DNA from: Limisphaerales bacterium
GTDB taxonomy: Bacteria; Verrucomicrobiota; Verrucomicrobiia; Limisphaerales; SIBE01
Assembly (NCBI GenBank): GCA_044225505.1
Contig: JBGAIN010000039.1
Location: forward strand, 1-51,658
Reading direction: 5' to 3'
Length of the DNA stretch: 51,658 nt
Shown in pieces: positions 8,145 to 18,451 of this stretch (position 1 is the first letter of the stretch; each line of letters opens with the position of its first letter). The notes under the pieces were generated by a model. That model was given only the letters and a program-made list of their open reading frames with translations. It ran no database searches and was not told where the DNA came from. A program made the translations under genes and the position numbers.

Positions 8145-11100
8145 ATGAAAAAAACTCCGCTAGGTTCGTTAGAAATCATGGCTCAAGATTTCGACGCGGC
8201 ATGCGCCATTGCCGACCGGATGGGATGCGAAGCTTTTTTGCTGAATCTTGAAGGTGAAATCTTAAAGGCGAGTCAACCTCGCTGTCTCAACTCGGCGCCG
8301 TCCAGCAGCGTCCGGGAAAGACCGACTTGGCTGGAGCGATTGTCACCTCCGTCTGCGGCACACTTCCGGCAACTAATCCATAAAGCGGTTCAAACTGGAC
8401 AACCGCAAAAAGGTCTAATCTCGGACGCCGACTTGGCTCACGACGTCCGGTTGGGGCCTATCCTCAATGGTGACAACGAAGTCTTAGGTCTGGTGGTGCT
8501 AGCTTTTCGCAGGGACGAACCCGAGTCTGAACTAACGCTTTACAAAACGCGTTATGAGAATCTGGTGCAAAGTATTCCCTCGGGAGTTTACGTCTTCAGC
8601 TCGCAGCCAAATGGCCATCACGGTTTCGATTATCTCAGCCCCAAGGCGACGGAGTTGCTTGGGGTTCCTGTATGCAACGGAACTTTAAATACCGAGGGGG
8701 CTTTCGCATGCGTGCACCGCGACGACCAAACCAGCCTCCAGAGGGCCATCCATGCAGTCCTGAAGAATCCCAGGAACTTCGATTGGGTGGGCCGCTTCGT
8801 CGTAAGCGGGGAAAGCCGGTGGCTGCGGATAAACGGCAACGTAATGGAACCGTCGACCGGACGTCTGGTTTGGAACGGCGTTATCCAAGACATTACCGAG
8901 CAGATCCGCACTCGCCGAATCCTCGAAGCCAGCGAGGAACGATACCGTCGGCTCTTCGAGATAGAATCGGACGCCATTCTCCTGGTTGACTTAGAAGCCG
9001 GACGGTTCATAGACGCCAACCCGGGCGCAACCCGGTTATACGGTTATTCTCGCGACGAATTTCTGACTCGCGGCCCTGCCGATCTCACGGCCGAGACGGA
9101 AAAAACGGCAGAAGCGATCCGCACGCAACAAAACGTCGTTGCGCTTCGGTGGCACCGAAAACGCGACGGCACAGCAATCGCCGTGGAAATCTCGTGCGAC
9201 TACTTCGAAGCTGAATCCAAACGACTGCTTGTCGCGACCATTCGCGACCTGACACAACGTCGTGAGGCGGAATATGCCTTGCGAGAGAGCGAAGAAAGGC
9301 TTCGCTTCACCCTCGACAGCACAGAGGTTGGACAATGGGAGCTAGACTGGAATTCGCGGACCTGCCGCGGGTCCCAGCAAGTCACCCGCATTTTTGGCTA
9401 CCCTGACTCCGTCCATCCTTGGACTTATGAAGACTTTCTTCGACACGTTCATCCCAAAGACGCTTCGTGGGTCGACCGGTCCGTCCGAACGGCCATGGAA
9501 TCCAACACGGGCTGGGAACTGGAGTTTCGCATCGTGCGGGCAGATCAAGCCGTCCGATGGGTTTGGGTTAAGGCTGCGCTAAGCAGTCGGCATGGGTCCA
9601 AGCCCAACGTCGCGAATGGCCTTTTCATGGACGTCACGCAGCGCAAGGAAATGGAAGCCGCGTTGCGCGAGGGCCAGTCGCGTTTCGAAGCACTCTTTGA
9701 CCAAAACTTACTCGGTGTGGTCCAGGTGCAAACTTCGTCGGGTCGATTCCTCAGGGTCAATCAGCAGTTCTGTGATATTCTGGGAGAGGCTCAGGAAGCA
9801 CTGCTCAAGTCTAGTTTCCTGTCGATCAGTCATCCCGAGGACGCAAACATGGCCCGTGAAGCGTTCGCGCGTTTTGCGGCTGGAGAGAACGAGCACTCGA
9901 GTTTTGAAAAGCGATATCTACGAAAGGATGGAAGCATCGTCTGGTGCAGTCTGCGAATCCTCCCGCTCTGGCTCCGCGGAGAAACGCCGGACTCGCATTT
10001 GTGCTTCTTTGAAGACATCACAGAACGAAGGCACCTAGAAGAACAACTCCGGTATGCCCAAAAAATGGAAGGGATAGGTCACCTCGCGGGTGGCATGGCT
10101 CACGAGTTCAACAACATCCTCGCCGGAATGATGATGAGCGTGGGTTTAGCTCAAAATGGTTCGATTCCCGCCGAGACCCAGGAATTGATGCAAGATGTTG
10201 AATTCGGATGTAAACGCGCCGCGGACCTGATCAAGCAGCTGCTCGCTTTCAGCCGAAAGTCGGTGATGGAACAAAACCCTCTTGACCTCGCAACGGCCGT
10301 GAGATCCCAGCTTCCGAGCCTCCGTCAGTTTCTCAATGAGAAAATCAATTTTATCTGCACGATCCCGGAGGGACTCCCCCTCATTCGAGGCGACAGGTCA
10401 TTGATTGAACAGGTTGTCCAAAACCTGTTTTTGAACGCGCGGGACGCCATGAAAGATGGTGGACAACTTGAAATAGAACTTTGCGAACTGACTCTCGGTC
10501 CTGATATCACGAAACAACAGGTCGATGCACGTCCAGGACACTACGTTTGCCTTGCAGTGTCGGATACCGGCTGCGGGATGGATTCGCGAACATTGAAGCG
10601 AGCCTTTGAACCCTTCTTCACCACCAAGGACGTCGGGGAAGGAACCGGTTTGGGCCTGGCGACCGTCCGCGGCATAGTGCAGCAGCACCAAGGCTGGGTC
10701 GCAGTCCAGAGCTGCATCGGAAAAGGCAGCACTTTCCGGGTTTATCTTCCGGTGCTAGCTTCCGTGCTCGAAGCGCCTCATGCTTCTCCAGAACTCCTGC
10801 CTGGGGATATACGCGGGACGATACTCGTTGTCGAAGATGAGCCGAAGCTCAGGCGAGTCACTCGGATGTTTCTCTCCCAGAGCGGTTACCGTGTTTTAGA
10901 CGCCGAAAATGGAGCTGAAGCATTGGAGCTTTGGGAAAAACATCGGTCCGCCATCTCTTTAATTTATACCGACATGATCATGCCGGGCGAATTTTCAGGT
11001 CTCCAGCTTGCGCTTCGAGCAATCCGGGAAAAGCCAGGTCTGCCTGTGATCATTACCAGCGGCTACAACACCGATCTCGTTCAGTTGGAAAAAGCCGCGA

Positions 11101-11198
11101 CTGCATCGATTCTTTATCTCCCCAAGCCATGTGCGCCGCTCCGGTTGCTTGCCGCCATCAGGCAATCCCTGTCTGATGCGCGCACCACGACATCTTAA
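8145..11198 (+). CDS. Cytoplasmic multi-PAS hybrid sensor histidine kinase with C-terminal receiver
   Basis: About four PAS/PAC repeats ending in DIT/DLT/DVT. H-box AHEFNNIL, N-box NLFLNARDAM, then DTGCGM, FEPFFTTK and GTGLGL. Receiver ILVVEDE...TDMIMPG. No TM segment seen. Confidence 0.95.
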   Translation: MKKTPLGSLEIMAQDFDAACAIADRMGCEAFLLNLEGEILKASQPRCLNSAPSSSVRERPTWLERLSPPSAAHFRQLIHKAVQTGQPQKGLISDADLAHDVRLGPILNGDNEVLGLVVLAFRRDEPESELTLYKTRYENLVQSIPSGVYVFSSQPNGHHGFDYLSPKATELLGVPVCNGTLNTEGAFACVHRDDQTSLQRAIHAVLKNPRNFDWVGRFVVSGESRWLRINGNVMEPSTGRLVWNGVIQDITEQIRTRRILEASEERYRRLFEIESDAILLVDLEAGRFIDANPGATRLYGYSRDEFLTRGPADLTAETEKTAEAIRTQQNVVALRWHRKRDGTAIAVEISCDYFEAESKRLLVATIRDLTQRREAEYALRESEERLRFTLDSTEVGQWELDWNSRTCRGSQQVTRIFGYPDSVHPWTYEDFLRHVHPKDASWVDRSVRTAMESNTGWELEFRIVRADQAVRWVWVKAALSSRHGSKPNVANGLFMDVTQRKEMEAALREGQSRFEALFDQNLLGVVQVQTSSGRFLRVNQQFCDILGEAQEALLKSSFLSISHPEDANMAREAFARFAAGENEHSSFEKRYLRKDGSIVWCSLRILPLWLRGETPDSHLCFFEDITERRHLEEQLRYAQKMEGIGHLAGGMAHEFNNILAGMMMSVGLAQNGSIPAETQELMQDVEFGCKRAADLIKQLLAFSRKSVMEQNPLDLATAVRSQLPSLRQFLNEKINFICTIPEGLPLIRGDRSLIEQVVQNLFLNARDAMKDGGQLEIELCELTLGPDITKQQVDARPGHYVCLAVSDTGCGMDSRTLKRAFEPFFTTKDVGEGTGLGLATVRGIVQQHQGWVAVQSCIGKGSTFRVYLPVLASVLEAPHASPELLPGDIRGTILVVEDEPKLRRVTRMFLSQSGYRVLDAENGAEALELWEKHRSAISLIYTDMIMPGEFSGLQLALRAIREKPGLPVIITSGYNTDLVQLEKAATASILYLPKPCAPLRLLAAIRQSLSDARTTTS

Positions 11199-11341
11199 CC
11201 AAGGAAGTCCAAGTCTCGGGAAACGGAGTCCGACGTGTTGCGCGACGCCGTCGCGCTCTATCGTTGACGCGCGTAGCGCTGCTAAGGCAGTGTCGAACCG
11301 ATCGACGCGGAGACGTACCAAGTGCGTTGTTTGTCGCATCC

Positions 11342-12499
11342 TCAAGGCGAGCCGCGACTAACACGATACAGCCCATACGAACTGGCGCTTGGCACCGAAC
11401 ACCGAATGGGAGAAGCCGTGCAATGAATCTCCCCGACTCTGACCCAACTCGAGGAGTCTGGCTTAGCCTGTATCTCATAGGTCTCCCCAATCTGACCAGT
11501 AAGCGTAAACTCAAAGCGATCGGCCGTTCTTTGGGGACTGGACAGCCGGACCGCGTCGGTTTGCGCCAGAATCGGTTGCGATTGGAAGATCGTCCCGCCC
11601 TCTCCAACGGCCACAAATGTTTCCTTGCCAAAGGCGACAGCCTTTAGCGATTTCGTTGTCGGCCGCGGCAACGCTATCCAGTCGACTCCGTTCGTCGAAA
11701 CTGACGAAGCACCACTCTCCCCCACTGCGACAAACAGTTGATTCCCATATGCAAAATCAAACATCCACCTCGAGTTAATGCTACGGGTTTCCGACCAGAC
11801 CCGCCCGTCGACGGATGCCTGCAAGGCTCCCGCATACCCCACCGCAAGGAATTGTCCGCCCACAAACTCCACGGCGTCGAGGTAACGCGAATAACCCGTT
11901 CCGACAATCTCCCACGAAATGAAATTCGATGTTAGTCCGGCAAGAGCGCTCCCTGTGCGATAATCATACCCGACGGCCAAATACTGCCCGTCGACAAACG
12001 TGACATCTTGCCAGTAATTCGTGGCAGCCGTCGCATGATGCGACCATTTCACACCGTCTTCAGAGGTCGAAATCACGCCGCTTTCCGCCGCCGCGAGAAA
12101 GACACCATTGACAAAACGTAGACTGGTGAAGTTGGCGCTCGTGCCGGTTTCGTACTCCTTCCAAGTCAGACCGTCGGACGATGTCATCGCTCGCCCTCCT
12201 GCTCCCACGGCTGCGAACGTCCCGCTTCCATAAGCGACGCCGTACATGGCCTTCTTAGTGCCAGAGCTATGGCTCGTCCAAGTTATGCCATCGGGAGAGG
12301 TTAAAACGGTTCCCGTGCGATCCGATGTCGCGAGGAATTGTCCATCGCCAAAGGTGACCGCGTTCAGGGTGACGTCTGCGCCGGAGGTGCGCGGCGTCCA
12401 CGTCAACAACGGAGGTGGTTCTGTCGTCAAGACAGCACCGCCACGGACGACGACGATCGCAAGTCCTGCGACAAATGTGAATGAACCTAATAGTTTCAT
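11342..12499 (-). CDS. Secreted WD40/YVTN/BNR-like beta-propeller repeat protein
   Basis: ~40-aa repeats of the form (V/I)xYGxGxFVAVGxxG.I.TSxDG..W. Signal-like MKLLGSFTFVAGLAIVVV at ATG 12499. C-terminal FEFTLTGQIGETYEIQ...W...YRV tail. Confidence 0.85.
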   Translation of the reverse strand: MKLLGSFTFVAGLAIVVVRGGAVLTTEPPPLLTWTPRTSGADVTLNAVTFGDGQFLATSDRTGTVLTSPDGITWTSHSSGTKKAMYGVAYGSGTFAAVGAGGRAMTSSDGLTWKEYETGTSANFTSLRFVNGVFLAAAESGVISTSEDGVKWSHHATAATNYWQDVTFVDGQYLAVGYDYRTGSALAGLTSNFISWEIVGTGYSRYLDAVEFVGGQFLAVGYAGALQASVDGRVWSETRSINSRWMFDFAYGNQLFVAVGESGASSVSTNGVDWIALPRPTTKSLKAVAFGKETFVAVGEGGTIFQSQPILAQTDAVRLSSPQRTADRFEFTLTGQIGETYEIQAKPDSSSWVRVGEIHCTASPIRCSVPSASSYGLYRVSRGSP

Positions 12500-12867
12500 A
12501 TCTAGTGCGTCACCGGTCGGCGCCGAGCCAGTCCGACCACGGAAGGTGGACACGCGCGGGATACGGCGAACGTCGTTCACCATGAAGCCGCTCTCCCTGA
12601 TTGTGAATACCACTTAAGCATTATTAGGATTGGAAACACAGCTCACTGACCGCGGCCCATCAGGGCTTCATCAAGTGTTAACGTTTGAATCTGCAGAGAC
12701 GCAGGATTGCCTCCATGCTCCCTCTCCTGCGGATAAATGAACTCGACCTAGGCACGCCTTATCGCCAGGCTGGGATTGAAGCGTGCGATCACCCATTGGG
12801 CCACGATAGCCTTCGGAACCTTAAGGCCGCTACCGACGGTCAGCGATAAGTCGCATCTGCTCAGACG

Positions 12868-14602
12868 ATGAACTGCATTTCCAGACTCCCGCGGACTTCG
12901 CCCCTCGCCGGTTGGTTTACAGCGGTTCTGTTGTCTGTATCGTTGGGCGCGTGTCTGGCCGCCGAATCCCAATGGGATAATCTCTCGGATACTTGGACCG
13001 GGGTGGATGCGCTGGGTAGATCGATTCCCGCTTTTCCCGAGGTCAGAGCACCGCGGCCAGACCGGACCGTCGGCCTTTTCTACTTTCTCTGGCACGGGGA
13101 GCACATTCAAGGCGGCCCATTCGATGTGACCCAAATTCTGGCTGCCGATTCGCACGCCATGGAAAAGCCGGACAACCCACTTTGGGGGCCGTTGCATGCC
13201 CCACACCATTGGGGTCAGTCGATCTTTGGGTATTACCTCTCCAATGACCAAGGCGTTTTGCGTAAACACGCGCAGATGCTCGGAGACGCAGGCGTGGACG
13301 TGGTAATCTTCGATGTCACCAACCAAGTGACATACCGCGACTGGTACCGTGCCCTGCTCCAAGTTTGGTCCGACGTTCGCACACTAGGAAATCGCACTCC
13401 CCAAGTCGCTTTCCTTACCCCTTTCTGGAACCCGGACAAAGTGGTCCGCGAACTTTGGCACGATCTTTACCAACCAGGCTTACATCCGGACCTTTGGTTT
13501 CGCTGGCAAGGAAAACCGCTCATCATGGCCGATCCCGATCTGATCAAGGACGAGCGATCTGAATCTGAAGCGGCCACTTTTCTTGAGACAAAACGCATCC
13601 TGGACTTTTTCACTTTTCGGAGACCGCAACCCGACTACTTTAAAGGGCAGACGAAGCCTGAGATGTGGAGTTGGCTCGAAAGCTTTCCGCAGCATTGCTT
13701 CACTAACGCCGCTGGCCAAATCGAGCAGATGTCGGTGGGCGTCGCTCAGAATGCGCTGAAANNNNNNNNNNNNNNNGTGGGAACGAGCGTTGAAGGAGGA
13801 TCCTCAATTCATCTTCGTCACCGGCTGGAACGAGTGGATCGCCGGCCGCTTTTCCGAGTTTAACGGGATTAAACTCCCAGTTATGTTCGTCGATCAATTC
13901 GACCAAGAACATAGTCGCGACATTGAACCGATGCGCGGTGGACATAGCGACGACTACTACTATCAGTTCGTAAGCCAAGTGCGCCGCTTCAAAGGCGCAC
14001 GCCCTTTGCCGTCTCTCGAACCTCATCCAATCGTTATTGATGGCACCTTTGATGATTGGAGCAAGGTCCCAAACGAGTTTCGCGATACCATTGGCGACCC
14101 GGTCCACCGGGAACACCGCGGCTGGGATCATCAGGTTACCTACCGCAATCACACTGGCCGCAACGATCTGAAGGTTGCCAAGTTCAGCTGGGACCAGGAG
14201 ACAGCTTGGTTTTATATCCGTACCCTCGCTCCTTTGACCGAACCGGACGGAACAAACTGGATGCTCCTTTGGATCGATATCGATGGAAACCCAAAAACGG
14301 GTTGGCTCGGCTATGACATTGTGATGAATCATGCAGGCAGCGGCAGCGTTGAACGTAACCAGGACAACGTCTTCGCTTGGTCTACGACCGGTCACGCTAC
14401 CTGGCGGCAGGTCGGAAACGAAATGGAAGTGGGTATTCCCTGGTCAACGCTGGGCCTGAAAACCCTTCCAAGGGGATTCGACTTCAAATGGTCTGACAAT
14501 TGTCTCCTCGCCCACGACTGGACGGACTTCACGCTGAATGGCGATGCCGCACCCAACGACCGATTTAGATACCGTGCGTTGCTTAGAACGGGTGAAAACT
14601 GA
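12868..14602 (+). CDS. Secreted GH99/GH71-like glycoside hydrolase, interrupted by an assembly gap
   Basis: Signal peptide. VGLFYFLWH, HHWG...GYY.SND..VLRKHAQML.DAGVD lie before the gap; FVTGWNEW and DQEHSRDIEP lie after it. The frame change coincides with the N run. Confidence 0.7.
13762..13776. other. Assembly/scaffold gap (15 N)
   Basis: Run of n characters in the sequence. Confidence 1.
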
Positions 14603-15004
14603 ATCGCCAGCCGGCGTCCACACCTCTGTCCTTCGCTCGGTTCGATCCGCACAGCATGCTCTGAAAACTGCCGGCACACTTATAAATGTCTGATCATTAA
14701 AGCTTTTGTGTTTCCCGGAAAACCAACTCAGAAGCGCTAAAGACATCGAACTCATCGAACGCTTCAAAGATCGCATTAAGAGTTCGCAGGACAAAGGAAT
14801 CCGAGAAGACGAGTCTGAGCGAACGAATTACATTCTTTTGGTTACCAATAACTGCACCCAAAGGGTTGGTATGGTAGAGTCCATTAATTAGGCATGTTTG
14901 CCAAAAAACGAGACACAACAACCGGTGGCGGCGGCTCCGCGGCCGATGATGGTCTCGCCAGACACAACGAGCAGCAAGATGCCCATTAGTGGAAACGTTC
15001 GCAA

Positions 15005-15205
15005 ATGCATAATATACAAATGTTTGTAGTTACAACCGCACTCTTCCTAGGCGCTGCGCAGTGGACGCATGCCGGGCGAACCCCGCAGCCAAGTCCAAGG
15101 TTGCCAGAGGCTGTGCCGGATGCAGGAAGTTCCATGATGCTTCTCAGCCTTGGGACCGCTGGTGTCGCTGGATTAAGGTGGGCCACTCGGAGGCGCGATT
15201 CGTAA
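15005..15205 (+). CDS. Very small VPDSG-CTERM sorting-domain protein (66 aa)
   Basis: Signal peptide (FVVTTALFLGAAQWTHA), short Pro-rich linker, VPDAGSS motif, TM helix MMLLSLGTAGVAGL and basic tail RWATRRR. Confidence 0.85.
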   Translation: MHNIQMFVVTTALFLGAAQWTHAGRTPQPSPRLPEAVPDAGSSMMLLSLGTAGVAGLRWATRRRDS

Positions 15206-15322
15206 GATACAGCGCTTAAATGGGTTAGATCGCCGGAGACAGCCGTCCCAGCGAGCGGACCGGAGCGCGTCTGCGTGTGCTTCGCCTGGTGTCGGCCTCG
15301 CCGTCCCGAACTGGATAGCTCC

Positions 15323-16408
15323 TCACCCCTGGAGAGAGGCCGGATCGACCGCTGCCTTTTTGGAGGCGCTTTGGTAAGCCGCATCGACCAGAGCCATGGT
15401 TTTGAGGTTGTCGCGACCACTAATCGCCGGCGTTGTCCCAGTCTCCAGGGCGATTAAGAGTTGAGCCATGGTTCCGATAAAAGCATCGGGAAACCAGCTA
15501 ACGTTCCAGAGCGGGCACTGGAAGTTCAAATCGCCTTGGCGCGCGTAGCGGATGCTGGAGGGGGATGTGTAGGGGTTCTGAACCCAGCCAATCTCGCCGA
15601 TCGCCAAGCCCTCCAAGCCTTCAATACGCCAGCGGCAGAAGATGTCGCCAGGGCACCCCTCCTTGGCGGGACCAGTCCAGGTATCGTCCAGACCAACGCA
15701 GCGCAGCCCATCGCTGTATTCCAGAATGTAAGTGCAAATCCCGTCCTGATGCGGGAAACAGGTGCGTGGGTCCGGACGCACACTACAATAGATGTTCTTT
15801 GGTTCCCCGAACCAGTATCGCAGAGTATCGAGGTGATGGATGGACATTATCCGCAACGTTACCCACCCTAGGGCAGCGTGCCATGGCATCCAGTGCGGGA
15901 TGCCTCGTAACTCAATCGTGGCGAGAATGGGCTGTCCGAGCTGGCCACGGTCCAGGAGAGTCTTTGCCGCTCGGACGGACGGGTCATAGCGCATGTTCTG
16001 GTTCACAGCGAGCGTGATCCCTGCGGACTCACAAGCCTGGACTGCCACAAGAGCTTCGGCCAGGTTCATGCCCAAAGGTTTTTGTGCCAAAATTCCGCGA
16101 ACGGTGCCTCTACGACAAGCTGCTTGGATAAGCCCAACTTGGACGTTAGGCGGGACAGCGATATCCAAAACCTCAATCGTTGGGTCGTCGAGCAGCGCTT
16201 CATAGCTTTCGAAGACTGACGAGATCCCATGCCGAGACGCGACCTTTTCGGCGCTCTCTCGTCGCCGTGAAGCAATCGCCACAGGATTGAATCCGGCCTT
16301 GCGGTAGGCCACCAGGTGGCAATCATTCACGATAAAGCCGCTACCCAAGATCCCAATGCGAACGCCCTTCTGCACCGGAAGCGGCGAATGGATGCCAAGA
16401 TCGTCCAT
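15323..16408 (-). CDS. Gfo/Idh/MocA family NAD(P)-dependent oxidoreductase
   Basis: IGILGSGFIV, LDIAVPP, ILAQKPLG and AVNQNMRYDP. Likely start MDDLGIH at 16408; the ORF track starts it at 16483. Confidence 0.9.
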   Translation of the reverse strand: MDDLGIHSPLPVQKGVRIGILGSGFIVNDCHLVAYRKAGFNPVAIASRRRESAEKVASRHGISSVFESYEALLDDPTIEVLDIAVPPNVQVGLIQAACRRGTVRGILAQKPLGMNLAEALVAVQACESAGITLAVNQNMRYDPSVRAAKTLLDRGQLGQPILATIELRGIPHWMPWHAALGWVTLRIMSIHHLDTLRYWFGEPKNIYCSVRPDPRTCFPHQDGICTYILEYSDGLRCVGLDDTWTGPAKEGCPGDIFCRWRIEGLEGLAIGEIGWVQNPYTSPSSIRYARQGDLNFQCPLWNVSWFPDAFIGTMAQLLIALETGTTPAISGRDNLKTMALVDAAYQSASKKAAVDPASLQG

Positions 16409-16583
16409 GAACTGGAACGGGAATCCTACGGGATGGATAAATAAATTCAAGGACAGCGCTCTCCGTCTTTTGAATTCTCTCATAGTCTGCCCAGAGAGGA
16501 TTTCGTGTCGTGCGGCAGTCGACAGTCAGGCGGGCGAGTGGTAAAATGGCCGCAGTCGGAGGAAAGTAAGCCCCAAAAGTTGG

Positions 16584-17633
16584 ATGAATTTAGCGAGCGC
16601 GTTGCGATGGCAGCGATGGCGAGATTGGGTACCAGTCCCTTTCCTCGCTCTGTTGTTGCTCTACGGCGTTTGGCCATGGCTGCCATTACCAGGTCGCCCG
16701 GCGCCGACGCGCACGCTCATCTTTTTTGGATTCAGCATTCTTGGCGAAGTCATGAACCACGGCGTTTTTCCGGCGTTCCAGCGAGAGTGGGAACGGAAGA
16801 CTGGTGAGAAGGTAGAGTTTATCAGTTCGTTTGCTGGTTCCGGAACCGTGCGCAACCAAGTCCGAATGGGAGTGCCGGCGCATGTGGCGCTACTTTCATT
16901 GGAACTGGATGCAAAACAATTGGCCGAGGCGCACGTGATTCCTCCCGACAGCTGGCGAGCCTTACCAGAGCAAGGGGTCGTCAACCGGACTCCATTCGTG
17001 TTGCTCACGCGGCCCGGAAACCCGATGAAGATTCGGGACTTTAGCGATCTGGCTCGGCCCGGGGTCAAGATCGTGCATCCAGATCCAATGACGTCAGGCG
17101 GCGCGAATTGGGCGATTCTTGCGGAATACGGCGCTGGCTTTCGTGAGCATCCCGACGTTGGGGATGCCGGAAAGGATTTGTTGGTGGGGATTTGGCGGAA
17201 TATTGTGGCCCAGTCGAGTTCCGCGCGAGCCGCTCGGACACAGTTTGAGAATGGGTTTGGAGATGTTCTGGTGACGTACGAACAGGAATTATTGTACGAC
17301 CAACAGCGCGGCAAACTCCGCGGAGAGATCATTTACCCACGCCGGACTATCCTGAGCGAGCACACACTGGTCGTCGTTCCCCGAAATGTTCACCCCCAGG
17401 ACCGCGCGTTGGTGAAGGCGTTTGTTGAGTTTCTCTGGAGCGACTCCGCGCAAAGGATTTTCGTCCAGCATGGTTTTCGAAGCGTGAATGAATCTCTGAA
17501 TCGAGGGAATGAAGCTTTCGGACACATCGCCGATGTTTTCAAAGTAGAGGACTTTGGCGGCTGGAGTGTGGCCAAGAAAGAGATAGTGGATGGCATCTGG
17601 AAGGCGAGGGTATTGAAAGAGGTTGCCCGGTGA
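16584..17633 (+). CDS. Sulfate/thiosulfate-type ABC transporter substrate-binding protein (Sbp/CysP family)
   Basis: SFAGSG, RPGNPMKIRDFSDLARPGVKIVHPDPMTSGGANW, GFGDVLVTYEQE, F..FLWS..AQ.IF...GFR and DFGGW. Confidence 0.88.
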   Translation: MNLASALRWQRWRDWVPVPFLALLLLYGVWPWLPLPGRPAPTRTLIFFGFSILGEVMNHGVFPAFQREWERKTGEKVEFISSFAGSGTVRNQVRMGVPAHVALLSLELDAKQLAEAHVIPPDSWRALPEQGVVNRTPFVLLTRPGNPMKIRDFSDLARPGVKIVHPDPMTSGGANWAILAEYGAGFREHPDVGDAGKDLLVGIWRNIVAQSSSARAARTQFENGFGDVLVTYEQELLYDQQRGKLRGEIIYPRRTILSEHTLVVVPRNVHPQDRALVKAFVEFLWSDSAQRIFVQHGFRSVNESLNRGNEAFGHIADVFKVEDFGGWSVAKKEIVDGIWKARVLKEVAR

Positions 17634-18451
17634 AAGACGCGCGCGATCAGCAGCGGTCAGGGTCTGCCCTATTGCCGGTCGGGATTCTGTTGATGGTTCT
17701 GCTGCCGCTGCTTTTGCTGCCGCTGGGAGCCGTCTTTATCTTCGCCTTTCGAGGAGGACTAAAGGCTTTTGCGGCCGCACTGGCTCTGCCGGACGCACAG
17801 TTCGCATTAAGGTTTAGTGTAGTGATGGCTTTTGCCACATCAACCGTTAACGCGGTTTTAGGAACGTATGCCGCGTATGTTTTAAGCAAATACCGCTTCA
17901 CTGGACAACGCGCATTAAACATCGTCGTCAATCTGCCAGTGGCTATTCCGACAGTGGTGGTGGGAACATCTCTTCTTTTGTTGTGGGGGCCGATCGGCCT
18001 GCTTGGACGCACCTTGGAACCCCTTGGCCTCCAACCGATGTTCACGCCTGTGGGAGTGCTTCTGGCGCATCTTTTCGTTACATTCCCATATATGCTGGGG
18101 GCGGTTAAGCCACTGCTGGATGAGCTGGAGACCACGTACGAAGAAGCAGCCTACACGATCGGAGCAAGCCGCTGGCAGACCTTTTGGCAAGTCGTCTTAC
18201 CTGCGTTGCGCGGGGGCCTATTCAGTGGCACGCTATTGACCTTTGCCCACTCGCTTGGAGAGTTTGGCGCGACCGTAATGGTTTCCGGCAATCTCCGGCT
18301 GCGAACTCAAACCGCGCCCCTATACATCTTTGCGCAATTTGAAGCTGGGAATATCGAGAGCGCGAACGCGGTCGCGGCAGTCCTCGCTTTGCTATCCTTC
18401 GTCATTTTCTTCTTCCTGCTCCGTTACAGCGTGCGAAAAGAGAGGACTTGA
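17630..18451 (+). CDS. Sulfate-type ABC transporter permease (CysT-like)
   Basis: NLPVAIPTVVVG, EAA loop YEEAAYTIGASRWQTFWQVVLP and SLGEFGA. 4-nt overlaps with both neighbours. Confidence 0.9.
   Translation: MKDARDQQRSGSALLPVGILLMVLLPLLLLPLGAVFIFAFRGGLKAFAAALALPDAQFALRFSVVMAFATSTVNAVLGTYAAYVLSKYRFTGQRALNIVVNLPVAIPTVVVGTSLLLLWGPIGLLGRTLEPLGLQPMFTPVGVLLAHLFVTFPYMLGAVKPLLDELETTYEEAAYTIGASRWQTFWQVVLPALRGGLFSGTLLTFAHSLGEFGATVMVSGNLRLRTQTAPLYIFAQFEAGNIESANAVAAVLALLSFVIFFFLLRYSVRKERT

Noticed and set aside
14706..14921. Short ORFs (61-74 aa) in the AT-rich region upstream of the VPDSG-CTERM gene
   Set aside because: No motif or clear RBS. More likely regulatory DNA, though a small gene cannot be excluded.
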